Shown in pieces: positions 36,401 to 46,505 of a stretch of DNA of 64,000 bases. Positions within the stretch are counted from its first letter, which is position 1. Each line of letters starts with the position of its first letter. A model generated the notes under the pieces. It saw only the letters and a program-made list of their open reading frames with translations. It searched no databases and was not told the DNA's origin. A program made the position numbers and the translations under genes. Origin of the DNA: Monocercomonoides exilis PA203 (Eukaryota; Protista; Preaxostyla); NCBI GenBank assembly GCA_001643675.2, contig LSRY02000029.1:1054001-1118000 (forward strand), given 5' to 3'.

Positions 36401-39400
36401 ATGGGAGGAGTGCCTTTATTCTATCAAATGCAAATGTATTGTCGATGTCCAACTGTGCGGCTGTGCCAGCTGTTTTGGGTACTTCTATTTCGTATTGCCT
36501 TGTGAAGATCACTAACGGAAAATTATCTATCAGCAACTTTGCAGTTCCTCTTGCACAGAAGTTAAACTTTGACAATGAACCATTTGTTGCTGTCAGTGGA
36601 AGTGCCTCTGCAGATTTTTATTCTTTGGATACGAATGGAATGACAACATCTTGTAGCAATGGGCTGATATCTGTCGACTCAGGGAACATCACAACAATTA
36701 ATAACAGCACATTTCGTAGCTCAAATTTGACAAGTTCTGCATTTATCGTCAGTTCCTTAGGAACATATTTGTTAACCATCAAAAATTCCACTTTCGAAGA
36801 TATCAAAAGAACTACGGGAAACGGCTCGTGTGTGAATTTGAATGCAAGAAATAGCTATGCGAGCTCATTCACAGCAAGCAATTGCACATTCACTGGATGC
36901 AAAGTGACTGAAAACGGAAAAGGAGGTGGGGCGATTGCTACTCACCTCAACAGTCAGACAGCGCTAACACTCGAGTTGTCCACTTTCACTTTGTGTCAGG
37001 CTCCAAAGCCAAATTCAGGATCAAGCGGAAAAGGTGGAGCCATACAAATAATTTTCGACGAAGCCAACGCTCAGTTTGTTCTCTCAAAATCGCTTTCATT
37101 TATCTCTAATACAGCCGAACACGGAGATGATGTCTTTGCATGTTCGCTGCATCTGGAGTGGTGTGTTATTTCTACCACATTCCAATTCTTTAATCAAGAA
37201 GCACCATTTTCCCCTGAAAGTTGCGCTGGAATTGATTCACAGTGGCCAAATGTGATAATCCCACTTGTGTTTTATCTTCTACCACGCAAAGCAGGAGTTT
37301 ATGTCTCAAAAGAAGGGAATGATGTTTCTGTCTGTGGATTTGCAGAATACGCTTGCAAAACTATCGGATTTTCTATATTTCAAAATGAAGATTCTGTTCA
37401 GCTGATCATTCTCCCTAATTATGAATACGAAGAAGTTGTTTCTCTCTCGTCTGCCAACGAAATCTTAATCGAAGGCAAAGCATTGGAAACAAAGATGAAA
37501 ATGATTGGAACCCAATCCTCGACTGCAAATTCAATGATAACAGTTTCCCAAACATCAACATTTAGGTATCTCGACTTTTATCTGCAGCCAACCATCCCCA
37601 GCCCTCAATCATCTGCGATCCTTGTATACAGTGCAAATGCAATGCTTCATCTGGAGGACTGCTCTTTGAAAACTGAGCAAGGTGAGGAAAAATGCACTTT
37701 TAGGTATTTGGTTGTTACTGAAGGTTCGTTTGTGATGATAAGATTCACAATAAACTCAATTGGATTCCAATCTGTTGAGGTGATAAAAGTTCACAACGAA
37801 GGAAGTGGATCAATAGACTCTTGCACGTGGACAAATGTCACATCTGCTGTTGATACTGGAATCATCTCATATTCTTCAGCTGGCACTCTGAACATACGCA
37901 ACACAACAATCAGCCAGTCAGCTTCTTCATGCTGCTCATTTGTGGAAGATAAGCATGGCAAAAATCTGGTTGTTGAAAACAACACTTTATCAGGGATAAT
38001 CAAAAACGAAGGGAACGGAAGCGTGATCAAGGCAGAAATTGGTGAAAGCGAGTCACTGGAGCTGAACGACATTTCAGTCGATTGCTGCTCTTCGGTGAAT
38101 GGATGCGGCGGAGGGGTGTACATTAGCACAAGCTCCTCTGCCAAAGTTCGGATTGGCAAGGAAGGCACAACCACAAGCTTTGTCAGGTGCAGTGCAAAGG
38201 GAACACTGCCAAAATGCGGATTTGGAGGAGGAATATTTCTGAAGTGTGCAGACTGGCTGGCTGATCTTGTCCTCTCAGAGATGTCTTTCGGAACTGAAGG
38301 TGATGGAACATGCAATGAAGCAGAGGGAGGAGGAAGCGATGCGTTTGTTGAAGGACTCGACCTGGAAAAAATCATCACCAATCAGTCATTCAAGTTCGAT
38401 ATCAACAAAGAGTCAACAGCTGAATTTGGGAAGCTGTGTGGTTTTGAAGATGGGAATGTTTCGTATGCCATTCCTCTGGTTGTGTTTTTGCTGACGTTTG
38501 AACCACCTGCAATTGTGGGGGGGAGCTCTGGGTTTGACTATCGCATGTGCGGTGTTTCGATATATCCCTGTGCAACGATCCCCTTTGCAATCTCCAAGCG
38601 CTTTCCAGCACCCGATTCATCTGGCGCATCCATCAGGCTGACAGCAGACTTTTCCTTCAAGAATGCCATATCTTTTGACACACAGCCAGCCGAAGTGATT
38701 GCTGAGCAAATTGGAGCCGTTGTTGATGTCAGAAGCGATGGAGCGGGAGAAGGTGCTGGATTATTGCTCTCTTCCGTTAATGTGAAGTTCAGTGAAATTG
38801 TGTTTGGTTTACCATGCTCTTTTGAAGAACCCTCGCGATCTTCTCTGTTTCTATGTTCGTCAGCCACGCTAACCATTGACAGATGCGAGTTTCAAAACAG
38901 CAGCAGCTCAGCTGTTGAGTACAGGATCATATATGTGACAAATGGGAAAGTGGAATTGAATGGGTGCTCAATAAATGAACTTGCAATGGGAAATGCAGAG
39001 ATTATTGCACTTGATGGGAGCAACGCTGATTGTGCGATTGAGGGAATAGAAACATCCATTTTGAGCAAAGAAGGGGATGGGGCGCTGATTTTGGTTGCGA
39101 GAGGGAAAAAATTGAATATTGAGAACAGCAGCATCGAAAATGTGACTCTTCCAAACAGCAACCATATCACAATTAATTCTTTGTCGAATGGGTTTCTAAA
39201 AAACATAACATTTGGAAACCTAACGAAAACAAATGGGGATGGCGCAGTGATTAGTGGCGGAATTGGATCGAACGAAGAGCTGGAGGTGGAAAACTGTTCA
39301 TTTTTGCGCTGCAGCTGTTACTCAGCTAGAACGATAGGAGGATGTGTGCTCATGGATGTTGAAGAAGGAGGCGTCTTCCGATTCGAGAGAAACAAAGTGG

Positions 39401-42400
39401 AGTTCTGCATTGTGTCTAGTGGGGATGGATTTGGTGGAGGGCTGTTCCTCACCTTCACCTCTTCACACGTCGATTATTCCATGAGAAACAACACATTTGA
39501 GAATAATGGAGCATTCCGGGGGAAGGATGCATATGTTGTATGCGAAGAGCCGGGCGCAGTGATTGTGCTGATACATTGGAACGGATCTGTTTCTGAAGAG
39601 GCAGCTCCAGAACGCTTTTGGGTGCGCAGTCCTTCTGAGTCGATCGATGGAGGAAGCACAATGATCGACTACCTGTTCCCTCCTCAGACCTCATTTGTGT
39701 TCGTGGATGGTGCTGTCTCGGCTATTGAGAACTGTGGATCGAAGCGGAACCCATGCGCCTCAGTGGAGCTGGGTTTTCAGAAAATGGATTCTTCACACTC
39801 CATCATCCAGCTCGAAGGAAACACTCCCATCGATGCTATTGTGAACAGACACGGAATCTCCCTCACCATTCAAAGTAATACAACAACAAAAGCGATGATA
39901 TTTGGAAGAAATGGAAAATTTGAGCTTGTCGAAGGACCTCGCTCAACCACCCTCACATTTTCCAAGCTTTGCTTTGTGCTTCCATCTTCTCCCAATCCTT
40001 CACCAGAAATGAGTTCACTTGTGGAAGTTAGCATTGGTCAATGCTCATTCTTAGATTGCTCATTTGAGCAAGGAAGCGGCAGAAATTCCAATCCTTCGAA
40101 ATGGATTGTTTCAGGAGGAGGCGGAGTTGTGCACTTTGCCTCTTGCGCTCTTGGAGAGATTCCATTTCAGACAGCTGGAGTTGTTTTGATTGACGGAGCA
40201 TCGCTTCTGTTGGAGGCCTGCAGCTTTTCTTCTATCTCTTCTGACGCACGAAAGGGTTTGATAACTGGAAGCGGGAATTGCGAAATAACGCTGAAGGATA
40301 CAGGATTTGAGAATTGCAAGACGACAAATGGACACACGTTGGAAATTATTTGCCCGAAATCAGTGCATGTAAGCGGAGCATGCACATTTGATGGATGCAC
40401 TTCGACAGAAGGGGATGGAGAGGCTCTTTATTGTGTTCTGGAGGGAGAAGGATCTTTGGTGATGAACAAAACATCAATTGTATCTTGTGAAGTGAATCAG
40501 ATTAATGGGAGAGGAGGCGGAATCTATCTCGATTTGAAGGGAAGCACAAATAAATATTTGTTTTCTGGAATAACATTCAGCGGAAACGAGGCGTTTGAAG
40601 GGAAAGACATGTTTGTGAGAAGCGCTGATTTGAATGCCTCAATTATTCCATCTCTGTTTGATTTCGAGTATTTTGGAGAAGACGAACTACCAAAAGTCGA
40701 TCTGAAAGGAAGAGATGAAACACTTTTTATGAGTGCATCTGCGGATCTGCTGTATTTTTTGGTGAAGTTTTCTTCGTCGACGATAAGCGTTGGATCGGCT
40801 GGAATCGACTTTATTGGGTGTGGAAAGGCAGAAACACCTTGCCACTCGTTGTGGCGAGGTGTTAACAATTTAGAGGCATCTTCAGAATCTCAGACATGCT
40901 CCGTTGAAGTGATGGACGAGGTTTTGATAAGTGAGTGCTTTGCGTTTGAATTAGCTGAACTTCAAATTGGATTTTCTTCATCAGCTGCTTTGCGTTCATT
41001 TGCCAAGCTGATAGTTTCTCAAACAGCAAGCGGATCAAACCCATCAATTTTCAGTTCGAGCAACTCCCTGACGTTTTCCTTAGTGGAGTTTCATCTTCCA
41101 TCGCTCTTCACAAGTGGACAATCTGCCTTGTTTTCCTCAACAGATGGATATCTTACACTTAATTCAACCTTTCTTTGCTCTAATACTACTTCTGTGCTTG
41201 AATACATTCTGCTTCTGAGCAAAGGAGGAACAGTGCAACTGCTAAATGTTTCAATTTCTTCTGTGACATTTTCAAGTTGCCCGATAGCACTTTCATCTTA
41301 TGTGATGCTTGAAAATTGCCACTTCCGAAACATAAGTACACATTCGAGCATTGGAGGTGGAGCAATTTCTGCCAACTTGGAGCGATCAGATTTGCTACGA
41401 GCGAAGAACTGTGAGACAGAACTTTGCAAATGCTCCATCAAAAACGGGAAAGGGGGATTTTTATATGCAGATTGCTCGAAATCGACAGCAACAGCACCAC
41501 TACGATTTGAAGGTGAAATGACGTTTGAGAGAAATGATGCGCAGCTAGGCAAAAACATATTTATTGCATCTACTGAATTGAACGCTTCAGTCACTTTGAC
41601 AACATTTGCATTTTCATTCGAATCGATGAAAGAAGACAGCAATGCGTTTGTGGGGATTGAAGGAGAAAGCGAAGAACTGGATTTATTCAGATATTTGGTT
41701 TCTTATTCCTCAGCTTCAATTTTTCTATCGGCAGACGGAGAGGATGTGATGAGATGTGGAAGCACAGATGATCCGTGTCGAACATTTTGGAAAGGAATGC
41801 AACAGATTGACGAGGAAGAGATAGTCAAAGTGATTACAATCAACAGAACCACTCCTGTTGAAAACACATTCAATCTCTCCTCATTCACAATTCGATCAAG
41901 TTCCTTGGATGAAGACGAAGATTACAAGTCGATTCTTTCTTTTCGAGAAAAGTCTGGAGAAATGACTGATCCATTTTTGCGATGTGAAGGCGAGCTTTCG
42001 TTGAAGCTTATCACACTTGTAATTGAATCATCCTTCAACAATTCTGCATCAGAATTGATTTTGTGTGAGAATGGAGTGTTGTCTTTTGAAAAATGTTCGT
42101 TTGAAACAGAAGGTATTTCCACTGGAAAGCGGGAAATATTGTGTAATTTAGTAACTTGCATGAAAGGAAAGCTTTTGCTTGCAGAAGTGTCAATGGAATC
42201 AGCGAGCATCGGGAAAAATGCAATTGCAATTGGGTCTGTAACTTGCATCGCTAACAATTTCACATGCACCTTTGTGAATATTTCTGATGGAAGCATTTTT
42301 GAATTTGTTGAATCAACAGAAATGGGAAAGGGAATGAACTCTGATGAAAAATCCAAATTTTTAATGAATGAATCGACAATAACTTCTGTAACAAGAACAG

Positions 42401-45400
42401 ACAACGGAGCATCAGTGATTGACTGTAAAAGAGAAAGAGATATTTCAATTGATGTGAGTGGAACAACTTTGAGCGACTGCAAAGCTGTCGAAAGTCAAAA
42501 AGGAGGAGTTGCTTTTATAAAATTGCCAGAAGAGGGCTCATTTTCTGTTTTGAATTCAACGATGATCCGTTGCTGCTGCTCGAATGAAGGGAAAGGCGGT
42601 GCATTTTATATCGATGCAACGGGAAGTGGATCACTGCATTTCTTGTTCCAGAGTGTTATATTCACAGGAAATACGGCAAAAGTTGGGAACGACATTTATG
42701 TTTCGTGCCACAACATATCGGAACAAATCAATGAAACCCAATTCAAGTTTGATTTGAGAGAAGGTGTCTACGTGAGACAGAACGCGATTTATGGGATGGA
42801 CAAAACCGATCACAGAGAAGACACGAATCTGTTAGATTTCATCACGATTTATCAGGCTGACACAATTATTGTGTCATCGCTACGTGAGAACGGAGGAAGG
42901 AATGACAGACAATGCGGAACATATGCTCTCCCGTGTTTATCACTGGATTATGCGATTGCACATGTGACTGCCGATTTTGAGTCGCATGTTGTTGTGGATG
43001 GGGCATCTGTGATTGAAAGTGAAATTGGGCTTGACAATGTGCTTCTCTCGTCACGCTCGAGATATGTGGGCAATGTCACAATACACTCGATTGCCACTGG
43101 ATTAACTGATGCAGTAGTCACCACTCTCAACGCAGTTTCTATCATGAATCTTTGCTTTTCGTTTGAAGCAGATTTTTTGTGCCCGCATTCGACTTTAATT
43201 TCTCCTCAATCGGGGATTGTTGAGCTGACGAATTGCTCGTTTTCATCGGCTGCGAGTCTTCCTTTGCGTTCTCTCTTTGATTTTAGCAAAGGAAACGGAT
43301 CGATAAATTCCTGCATATTCAACTCACTAATTCTTCGATCATCGGTGATAGAAGCTTCAGCTTCCTGTTCTGTCATGATATCCTTCTGCCAATTCAGCAC
43401 CATAAATTCTGGGGGCTCTGTGATTAATTGTGAAAAATGCAGAAATTTATTTATGATGCACTCATCATTTGCAAACAACTCGCTTTCTTTGCCTTCAGCA
43501 AATGTTCCGTCTCTTCTGGCAGGAATCTCCATTGGAAACTTAACTCTCTCAAATTGTTCATTTATTGGGAAGAAACACACTTTGGAAAAAGGAATATTGG
43601 CTGTGGTTTCTCAGTGTCCAGAAGTTTTGCTTAATCTCTGCACTTTTCACGGATGCAATGATTTTGAGATGAAAAACGAAAGGAGCAGCAAAACAGAAGA
43701 ATTATGCAATTGGAATGGATCACTGATAGACATGCAGAAGATCTGGGCTGTTATGAAGTACACAACAATTGCGAACAGCTCTGATGGAGGGGCGAGTGTG
43801 GAAGGGGGAAGTGTTGTGATTGAGAAGGGAGAGTTTGTGGGGAACAATCCTTGGATAGTGGGATACACATCAGCAAGAAGGAACATTGTGTGCAGAGAGA
43901 TGGGGGAGGTGAATGTGAAGAGTGTGAAAGGCGGAGACGGGCAGGAAAGAAACGAATCGCTTTGGATGCTGAATGAAGGATGCACATTGAGCGGGATAGT
44001 GGAAGAAAGGAAAGCTTCTTTGTTTGTCCCCACTTTGGAAAGTGTGGCTGTGGAAGAGGAAGGAGCAGAGTTGAAGGTGACATTTAAAGGGCAACTTCTT
44101 TTGCCTTGCAATTTATCGTTTCGGGTGGTGACAGCCATCCGATCAGAAGCGCTGGTGGTGCGATATGAGTTTGAATCCGAAGGGTTTGTCTCGGAAGATG
44201 AGGCTTGGGGGAAAATACCTTCGAAATCAATTCGAGAGGCAGAAGAGGAAGCAGAAGTGAGTGTTTCGATTCTTTTTGGAGAAAAAGAGGTACCATCTTC
44301 CACTGAAGCAATCATTCTGAAGAACAAAAGTGAACCCCAATCAAAGGGAGATAATATTGTTGCTGAAGGTGGAAAAGAAGAAAAGTCATCATGGGCATTT
44401 ATAATTATTATAATGCTATCAACACTTTTTCTAATTGTATTTCTTGGATTTATCATCTTTTTTGTTCGATGGAGAAAAGCAAAGAACAGAACAGAAGAAT
44501 TAGAAGAGATTGTGAACGACAATATAAAAAAGGATCCGAAATCTTTTGAGTTGGTGACGATGGAGATGTCACCTGAGGAGCAGTGGAGGAGAGCAGAGAG
44601 GGAGGCAGAGAAGAAGAATGAAGAAAGAATCAAGAAAAGAATATATGATTCAAATATGGAACATTCCGAGTCGTCAGAGCATCTTCTATCTGAGAGTGGA
44701 TCGACTGAATACATCCTTGGAAGAGATTCAGACAAGATCCCAGAATGGATGCTGGAGAAAGTGGATGAGAAGGAGAAAGATGAAGAAACAAGAAAGAGAT
44801 CGCCTTCACCTTCCATTTCATCCACTTCAACCACTTCAACAACTGATTCAGATTCGACTTTTGTTCAGAGAGAGGATCTTTGCCCAACCACTTCATCGAT
44901 GTCGAATCTGGTGGATGCAATGGCCTGTTCATCTCCTCATGAGAAACTGATTGTGGACCTGAGGGATTCACTGTTCATGCTGTTGCATGGAAAGAACGAG
45001 AAGAAAGAAATGGCGATAGGCACTCTGAAGGAGAGGGAGCAGACAGCTGCTCAGATCCTGTTCTGGGTGGCGAATGGAGCTCTCCATTCCTTTGATGAAG
45101 AAAACGAATTTCCTTCTCTTGCCAATCTGAGTCCTCACATTGTATTGTTTTCTGAGCATATGGTCATCACAATTGCACTTCATTCTGACAGTTCAACCGA
45201 CTCAGACACTTCATCCATCTCATCCACTTCCACGATTGTGACATCTTCGTCTGATGGCTCGCTGATGAATAAGAATAGAAAAGACTCTCCACCACCTTCA
45301 TCAGCGTTTGAGGACGAGGCAGACAATAGAGAGGAGCGTCTGAGGTGGAAAGCGCCAGAGCTATTGGTAAAAAAGAATATGGGAGCAACAAAGGAATCAG

Positions 45401-45759
45401 TTTCATTCTCGATTGGGATGATGCTGTGGGAGTGTCTGACACTTCAGATCCCGTTTGGAGAATATGAGGCAGCAATAGCAGGAGACAAGATTACAAAAGG
45501 AGAAAGGCCAAGCACTTCTGCGATCCGAAAATCAGTGTTCTTTGAAGCTGTTAAGGTATGCCTGTCTGGAGAAGCGTCTGCTCGACCAACTCTTGTTGAA
45601 CTGAAAAGACTGTTTATTCAGCATTTCCCGAAAGGGGCTGCGATGCTGACGATTTCAGATGCAATTGATTTTGAGGATGAATCAGAAGAGAAAGAAAATT
45701 CAAAGGTCAGTCTTTTACTTGTTTCTGGAAGCGAAGAGGTGGATAAGAGAGAAAACTGA
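33493..45759 (+). CDS. 4088-aa single-pass receptor-like protein: signal peptide, beta-helix (pectin lyase/PMP-like) repeats, TM helix, cytoplasmic tyrosine-kinase-like pseudokinase
   Basis: Hydrophobic N-terminus, eight CGxxxx(P)C modules, many GGA(I/L)Y motifs. TM WAFIIIIMLSTLFLIVFLGFIIFFV at ~44392-44466 followed by RWRK. C-lobe motifs RWKAPEL, SFSIGMMLWECLTLQIPF, RPTLVEL. Confidence 0.88.
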   Translation: MMSLCALLLFTFFEARKEWFNIHDKLLKDEIIKYSPFSISQSRESMEDSCNTENFFFKIFSTSSTACNSTLLVGIGVISSINKVINSSLSVSQLYLHEKKGNALFNVQHGSKCRIYRCIVHLREYSKEPIYSSCSILEFVNLSFSFFSHKNIASNSMVNLWNESSLIVQSSSFSSIVVQMSNPLLASGDFDCVTTSDCFFKNISHLLTTDKEHHLYLKAKESIIFGCKFLGVENPFCSVLAIGGYPSSFFCFNSSFLVCSATERNRKVFGSSDGDVVIEQTTFNVESKQLNGGTIYAFETKSFTIKGCFFDRCNNTHPEGYGGVVFMRDVGPFLIQNCSAEKCIATGKEGIMRIENSRDSVTITNLNSTECEGFYRGVGLIAGSQSPVCCASLKMSKSQSRAGEAGAMMLYLSFSSFIATDWICDSNSAVNVGGAIYVMKDVEGSVNPVSFRYCFFINNSAYQGADIAFTEHYFNQTNSSCFLFCFSQSNQNRVWMCTNGLRSCSSGEERNILLPNPSGNVIYVNPARTSGDINGCGDVSNECHTICFSCSQWINSYHKTVKLYSGEYSESSFSVGFQHMTIEKNTSSSSVKILTNPSSGAFCTLLGGSLDMRGMQFIHSSTSSLDKCIFSENNEYSVLVLSECSLKADSTSTAFSAPFFLLTKGEARLESCEISSVVFESTSLFTTEKQAHLALSNVKISMISRRIGDGSVFSKAVQAEESFVLSNVSMKNCKCLDGNGGALYLELNAQSTTQIGADSGCMFDTCAVPAESQKKRKGGGIYIQVMEGADGFQLKMLQFSNCNGWKGKKVFIESKYLSKVINTATLAFNPSVAVDSTDLDELSGMENVDQNMVIPLVVFLRNFSSPAYVSGQTTDSDYRLCGYSDYPCQSVEGASAARFANTKRNIRFLPSFSFRTETLLNSQSYAFDVEEDNTPINIGSSQVKENEGLLINSVETSFSRIKFVLEASLNGRSAFILSNANVLSMSNCAAVPAVLGTSISYCLVKITNGKLSISNFAVPLAQKLNFDNEPFVAVSGSASADFYSLDTNGMTTSCSNGLISVDSGNITTINNSTFRSSNLTSSAFIVSSLGTYLLTIKNSTFEDIKRTTGNGSCVNLNARNSYASSFTASNCTFTGCKVTENGKGGGAIATHLNSQTALTLELSTFTLCQAPKPNSGSSGKGGAIQIIFDEANAQFVLSKSLSFISNTAEHGDDVFACSLHLEWCVISTTFQFFNQEAPFSPESCAGIDSQWPNVIIPLVFYLLPRKAGVYVSKEGNDVSVCGFAEYACKTIGFSIFQNEDSVQLIILPNYEYEEVVSLSSANEILIEGKALETKMKMIGTQSSTANSMITVSQTSTFRYLDFYLQPTIPSPQSSAILVYSANAMLHLEDCSLKTEQGEEKCTFRYLVVTEGSFVMIRFTINSIGFQSVEVIKVHNEGSGSIDSCTWTNVTSAVDTGIISYSSAGTLNIRNTTISQSASSCCSFVEDKHGKNLVVENNTLSGIIKNEGNGSVIKAEIGESESLELNDISVDCCSSVNGCGGGVYISTSSSAKVRIGKEGTTTSFVRCSAKGTLPKCGFGGGIFLKCADWLADLVLSEMSFGTEGDGTCNEAEGGGSDAFVEGLDLEKIITNQSFKFDINKESTAEFGKLCGFEDGNVSYAIPLVVFLLTFEPPAIVGGSSGFDYRMCGVSIYPCATIPFAISKRFPAPDSSGASIRLTADFSFKNAISFDTQPAEVIAEQIGAVVDVRSDGAGEGAGLLLSSVNVKFSEIVFGLPCSFEEPSRSSLFLCSSATLTIDRCEFQNSSSSAVEYRIIYVTNGKVELNGCSINELAMGNAEIIALDGSNADCAIEGIETSILSKEGDGALILVARGKKLNIENSSIENVTLPNSNHITINSLSNGFLKNITFGNLTKTNGDGAVISGGIGSNEELEVENCSFLRCSCYSARTIGGCVLMDVEEGGVFRFERNKVEFCIVSSGDGFGGGLFLTFTSSHVDYSMRNNTFENNGAFRGKDAYVVCEEPGAVIVLIHWNGSVSEEAAPERFWVRSPSESIDGGSTMIDYLFPPQTSFVFVDGAVSAIENCGSKRNPCASVELGFQKMDSSHSIIQLEGNTPIDAIVNRHGISLTIQSNTTTKAMIFGRNGKFELVEGPRSTTLTFSKLCFVLPSSPNPSPEMSSLVEVSIGQCSFLDCSFEQGSGRNSNPSKWIVSGGGGVVHFASCALGEIPFQTAGVVLIDGASLLLEACSFSSISSDARKGLITGSGNCEITLKDTGFENCKTTNGHTLEIICPKSVHVSGACTFDGCTSTEGDGEALYCVLEGEGSLVMNKTSIVSCEVNQINGRGGGIYLDLKGSTNKYLFSGITFSGNEAFEGKDMFVRSADLNASIIPSLFDFEYFGEDELPKVDLKGRDETLFMSASADLLYFLVKFSSSTISVGSAGIDFIGCGKAETPCHSLWRGVNNLEASSESQTCSVEVMDEVLISECFAFELAELQIGFSSSAALRSFAKLIVSQTASGSNPSIFSSSNSLTFSLVEFHLPSLFTSGQSALFSSTDGYLTLNSTFLCSNTTSVLEYILLLSKGGTVQLLNVSISSVTFSSCPIALSSYVMLENCHFRNISTHSSIGGGAISANLERSDLLRAKNCETELCKCSIKNGKGGFLYADCSKSTATAPLRFEGEMTFERNDAQLGKNIFIASTELNASVTLTTFAFSFESMKEDSNAFVGIEGESEELDLFRYLVSYSSASIFLSADGEDVMRCGSTDDPCRTFWKGMQQIDEEEIVKVITINRTTPVENTFNLSSFTIRSSSLDEDEDYKSILSFREKSGEMTDPFLRCEGELSLKLITLVIESSFNNSASELILCENGVLSFEKCSFETEGISTGKREILCNLVTCMKGKLLLAEVSMESASIGKNAIAIGSVTCIANNFTCTFVNISDGSIFEFVESTEMGKGMNSDEKSKFLMNESTITSVTRTDNGASVIDCKRERDISIDVSGTTLSDCKAVESQKGGVAFIKLPEEGSFSVLNSTMIRCCCSNEGKGGAFYIDATGSGSLHFLFQSVIFTGNTAKVGNDIYVSCHNISEQINETQFKFDLREGVYVRQNAIYGMDKTDHREDTNLLDFITIYQADTIIVSSLRENGGRNDRQCGTYALPCLSLDYAIAHVTADFESHVVVDGASVIESEIGLDNVLLSSRSRYVGNVTIHSIATGLTDAVVTTLNAVSIMNLCFSFEADFLCPHSTLISPQSGIVELTNCSFSSAASLPLRSLFDFSKGNGSINSCIFNSLILRSSVIEASASCSVMISFCQFSTINSGGSVINCEKCRNLFMMHSSFANNSLSLPSANVPSLLAGISIGNLTLSNCSFIGKKHTLEKGILAVVSQCPEVLLNLCTFHGCNDFEMKNERSSKTEELCNWNGSLIDMQKIWAVMKYTTIANSSDGGASVEGGSVVIEKGEFVGNNPWIVGYTSARRNIVCREMGEVNVKSVKGGDGQERNESLWMLNEGCTLSGIVEERKASLFVPTLESVAVEEEGAELKVTFKGQLLLPCNLSFRVVTAIRSEALVVRYEFESEGFVSEDEAWGKIPSKSIREAEEEAEVSVSILFGEKEVPSSTEAIILKNKSEPQSKGDNIVAEGGKEEKSSWAFIIIIMLSTLFLIVFLGFIIFFVRWRKAKNRTEELEEIVNDNIKKDPKSFELVTMEMSPEEQWRRAEREAEKKNEERIKKRIYDSNMEHSESSEHLLSESGSTEYILGRDSDKIPEWMLEKVDEKEKDEETRKRSPSPSISSTSTTSTTDSDSTFVQREDLCPTTSSMSNLVDAMACSSPHEKLIVDLRDSLFMLLHGKNEKKEMAIGTLKEREQTAAQILFWVANGALHSFDEENEFPSLANLSPHIVLFSEHMVITIALHSDSSTDSDTSSISSTSTIVTSSSDGSLMNKNRKDSPPPSSAFEDEADNREERLRWKAPELLVKKNMGATKESVSFSIGMMLWECLTLQIPFGEYEAAIAGDKITKGERPSTSAIRKSVFFEAVKVCLSGEASARPTLVELKRLFIQHFPKGAAMLTISDAIDFEDESEEKENSKVSLLLVSGSEEVDKREN

Positions 45760-46505
45760 GACGGCGAGTAAATTAAATGAAAAAAATAGTATAAAAACTG
45801 TTTGGAGCATTGTCGTTGGATAAAAAAACTTCGAATATTAAAGAACAGTTTTTTTTTGTTCTTGCAAACATATTGCAAAATATTTCAGTTAAGATTAACT
45901 TTTCTAACTTGTCTTTTGATGTTTAACATTGACTTTTGTTCATACAAAAATGATATCTTTTTTTCTCCTCTTAGAATATCACCCCAATTGTTTCATTTCT
46001 TTGAACAGTTTTTTCTTTCCATTTTTGGAATTCAATTTTTGTGAAATTCGGTATTCATTTTAAGTTCAATTTTATAATGATTTGCATTTTTTGTTTGCTT
46101 TTAAAAATTTCTTTTTTCGTTTTTCCAAATATTTATAAATATCTTTTCAATGATATCTGTTAATATTCTGAAAAATGAATAAAATTCATTTTTCTCTGTC
46201 ACAATTACGCTTTTATTCTTCAACGAAGAAGGAGCATTCAAGTGCATGAAACGTCTGCAGTAACTTTGTTTTCAATTTTTTGTTTTCTTTTTTATGTTTT
46301 AAATTGTGTAATTCATTTCTATTTGAATCTTTTGAATAAACAGATAAAAAATTATAAATGTATTGTTTTATTCATGATTGAAATAATATTTTTTTAATGC
46401 AAGAAAATAGAAAAACAATTTGATATTCATCTTAACAATTCCACAAAAAGATGATTTGCTAATTAGATGAAAATTTCAACCATATTTAAATTTCATGGGT
46501 TATGA

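Noticed and set aside
43647-44834. 395-aa antisense ORF within the receptor gene
   Set aside because: It is a shadow of purine-rich sense codons, is Ser/Phe-rich and has no domain.
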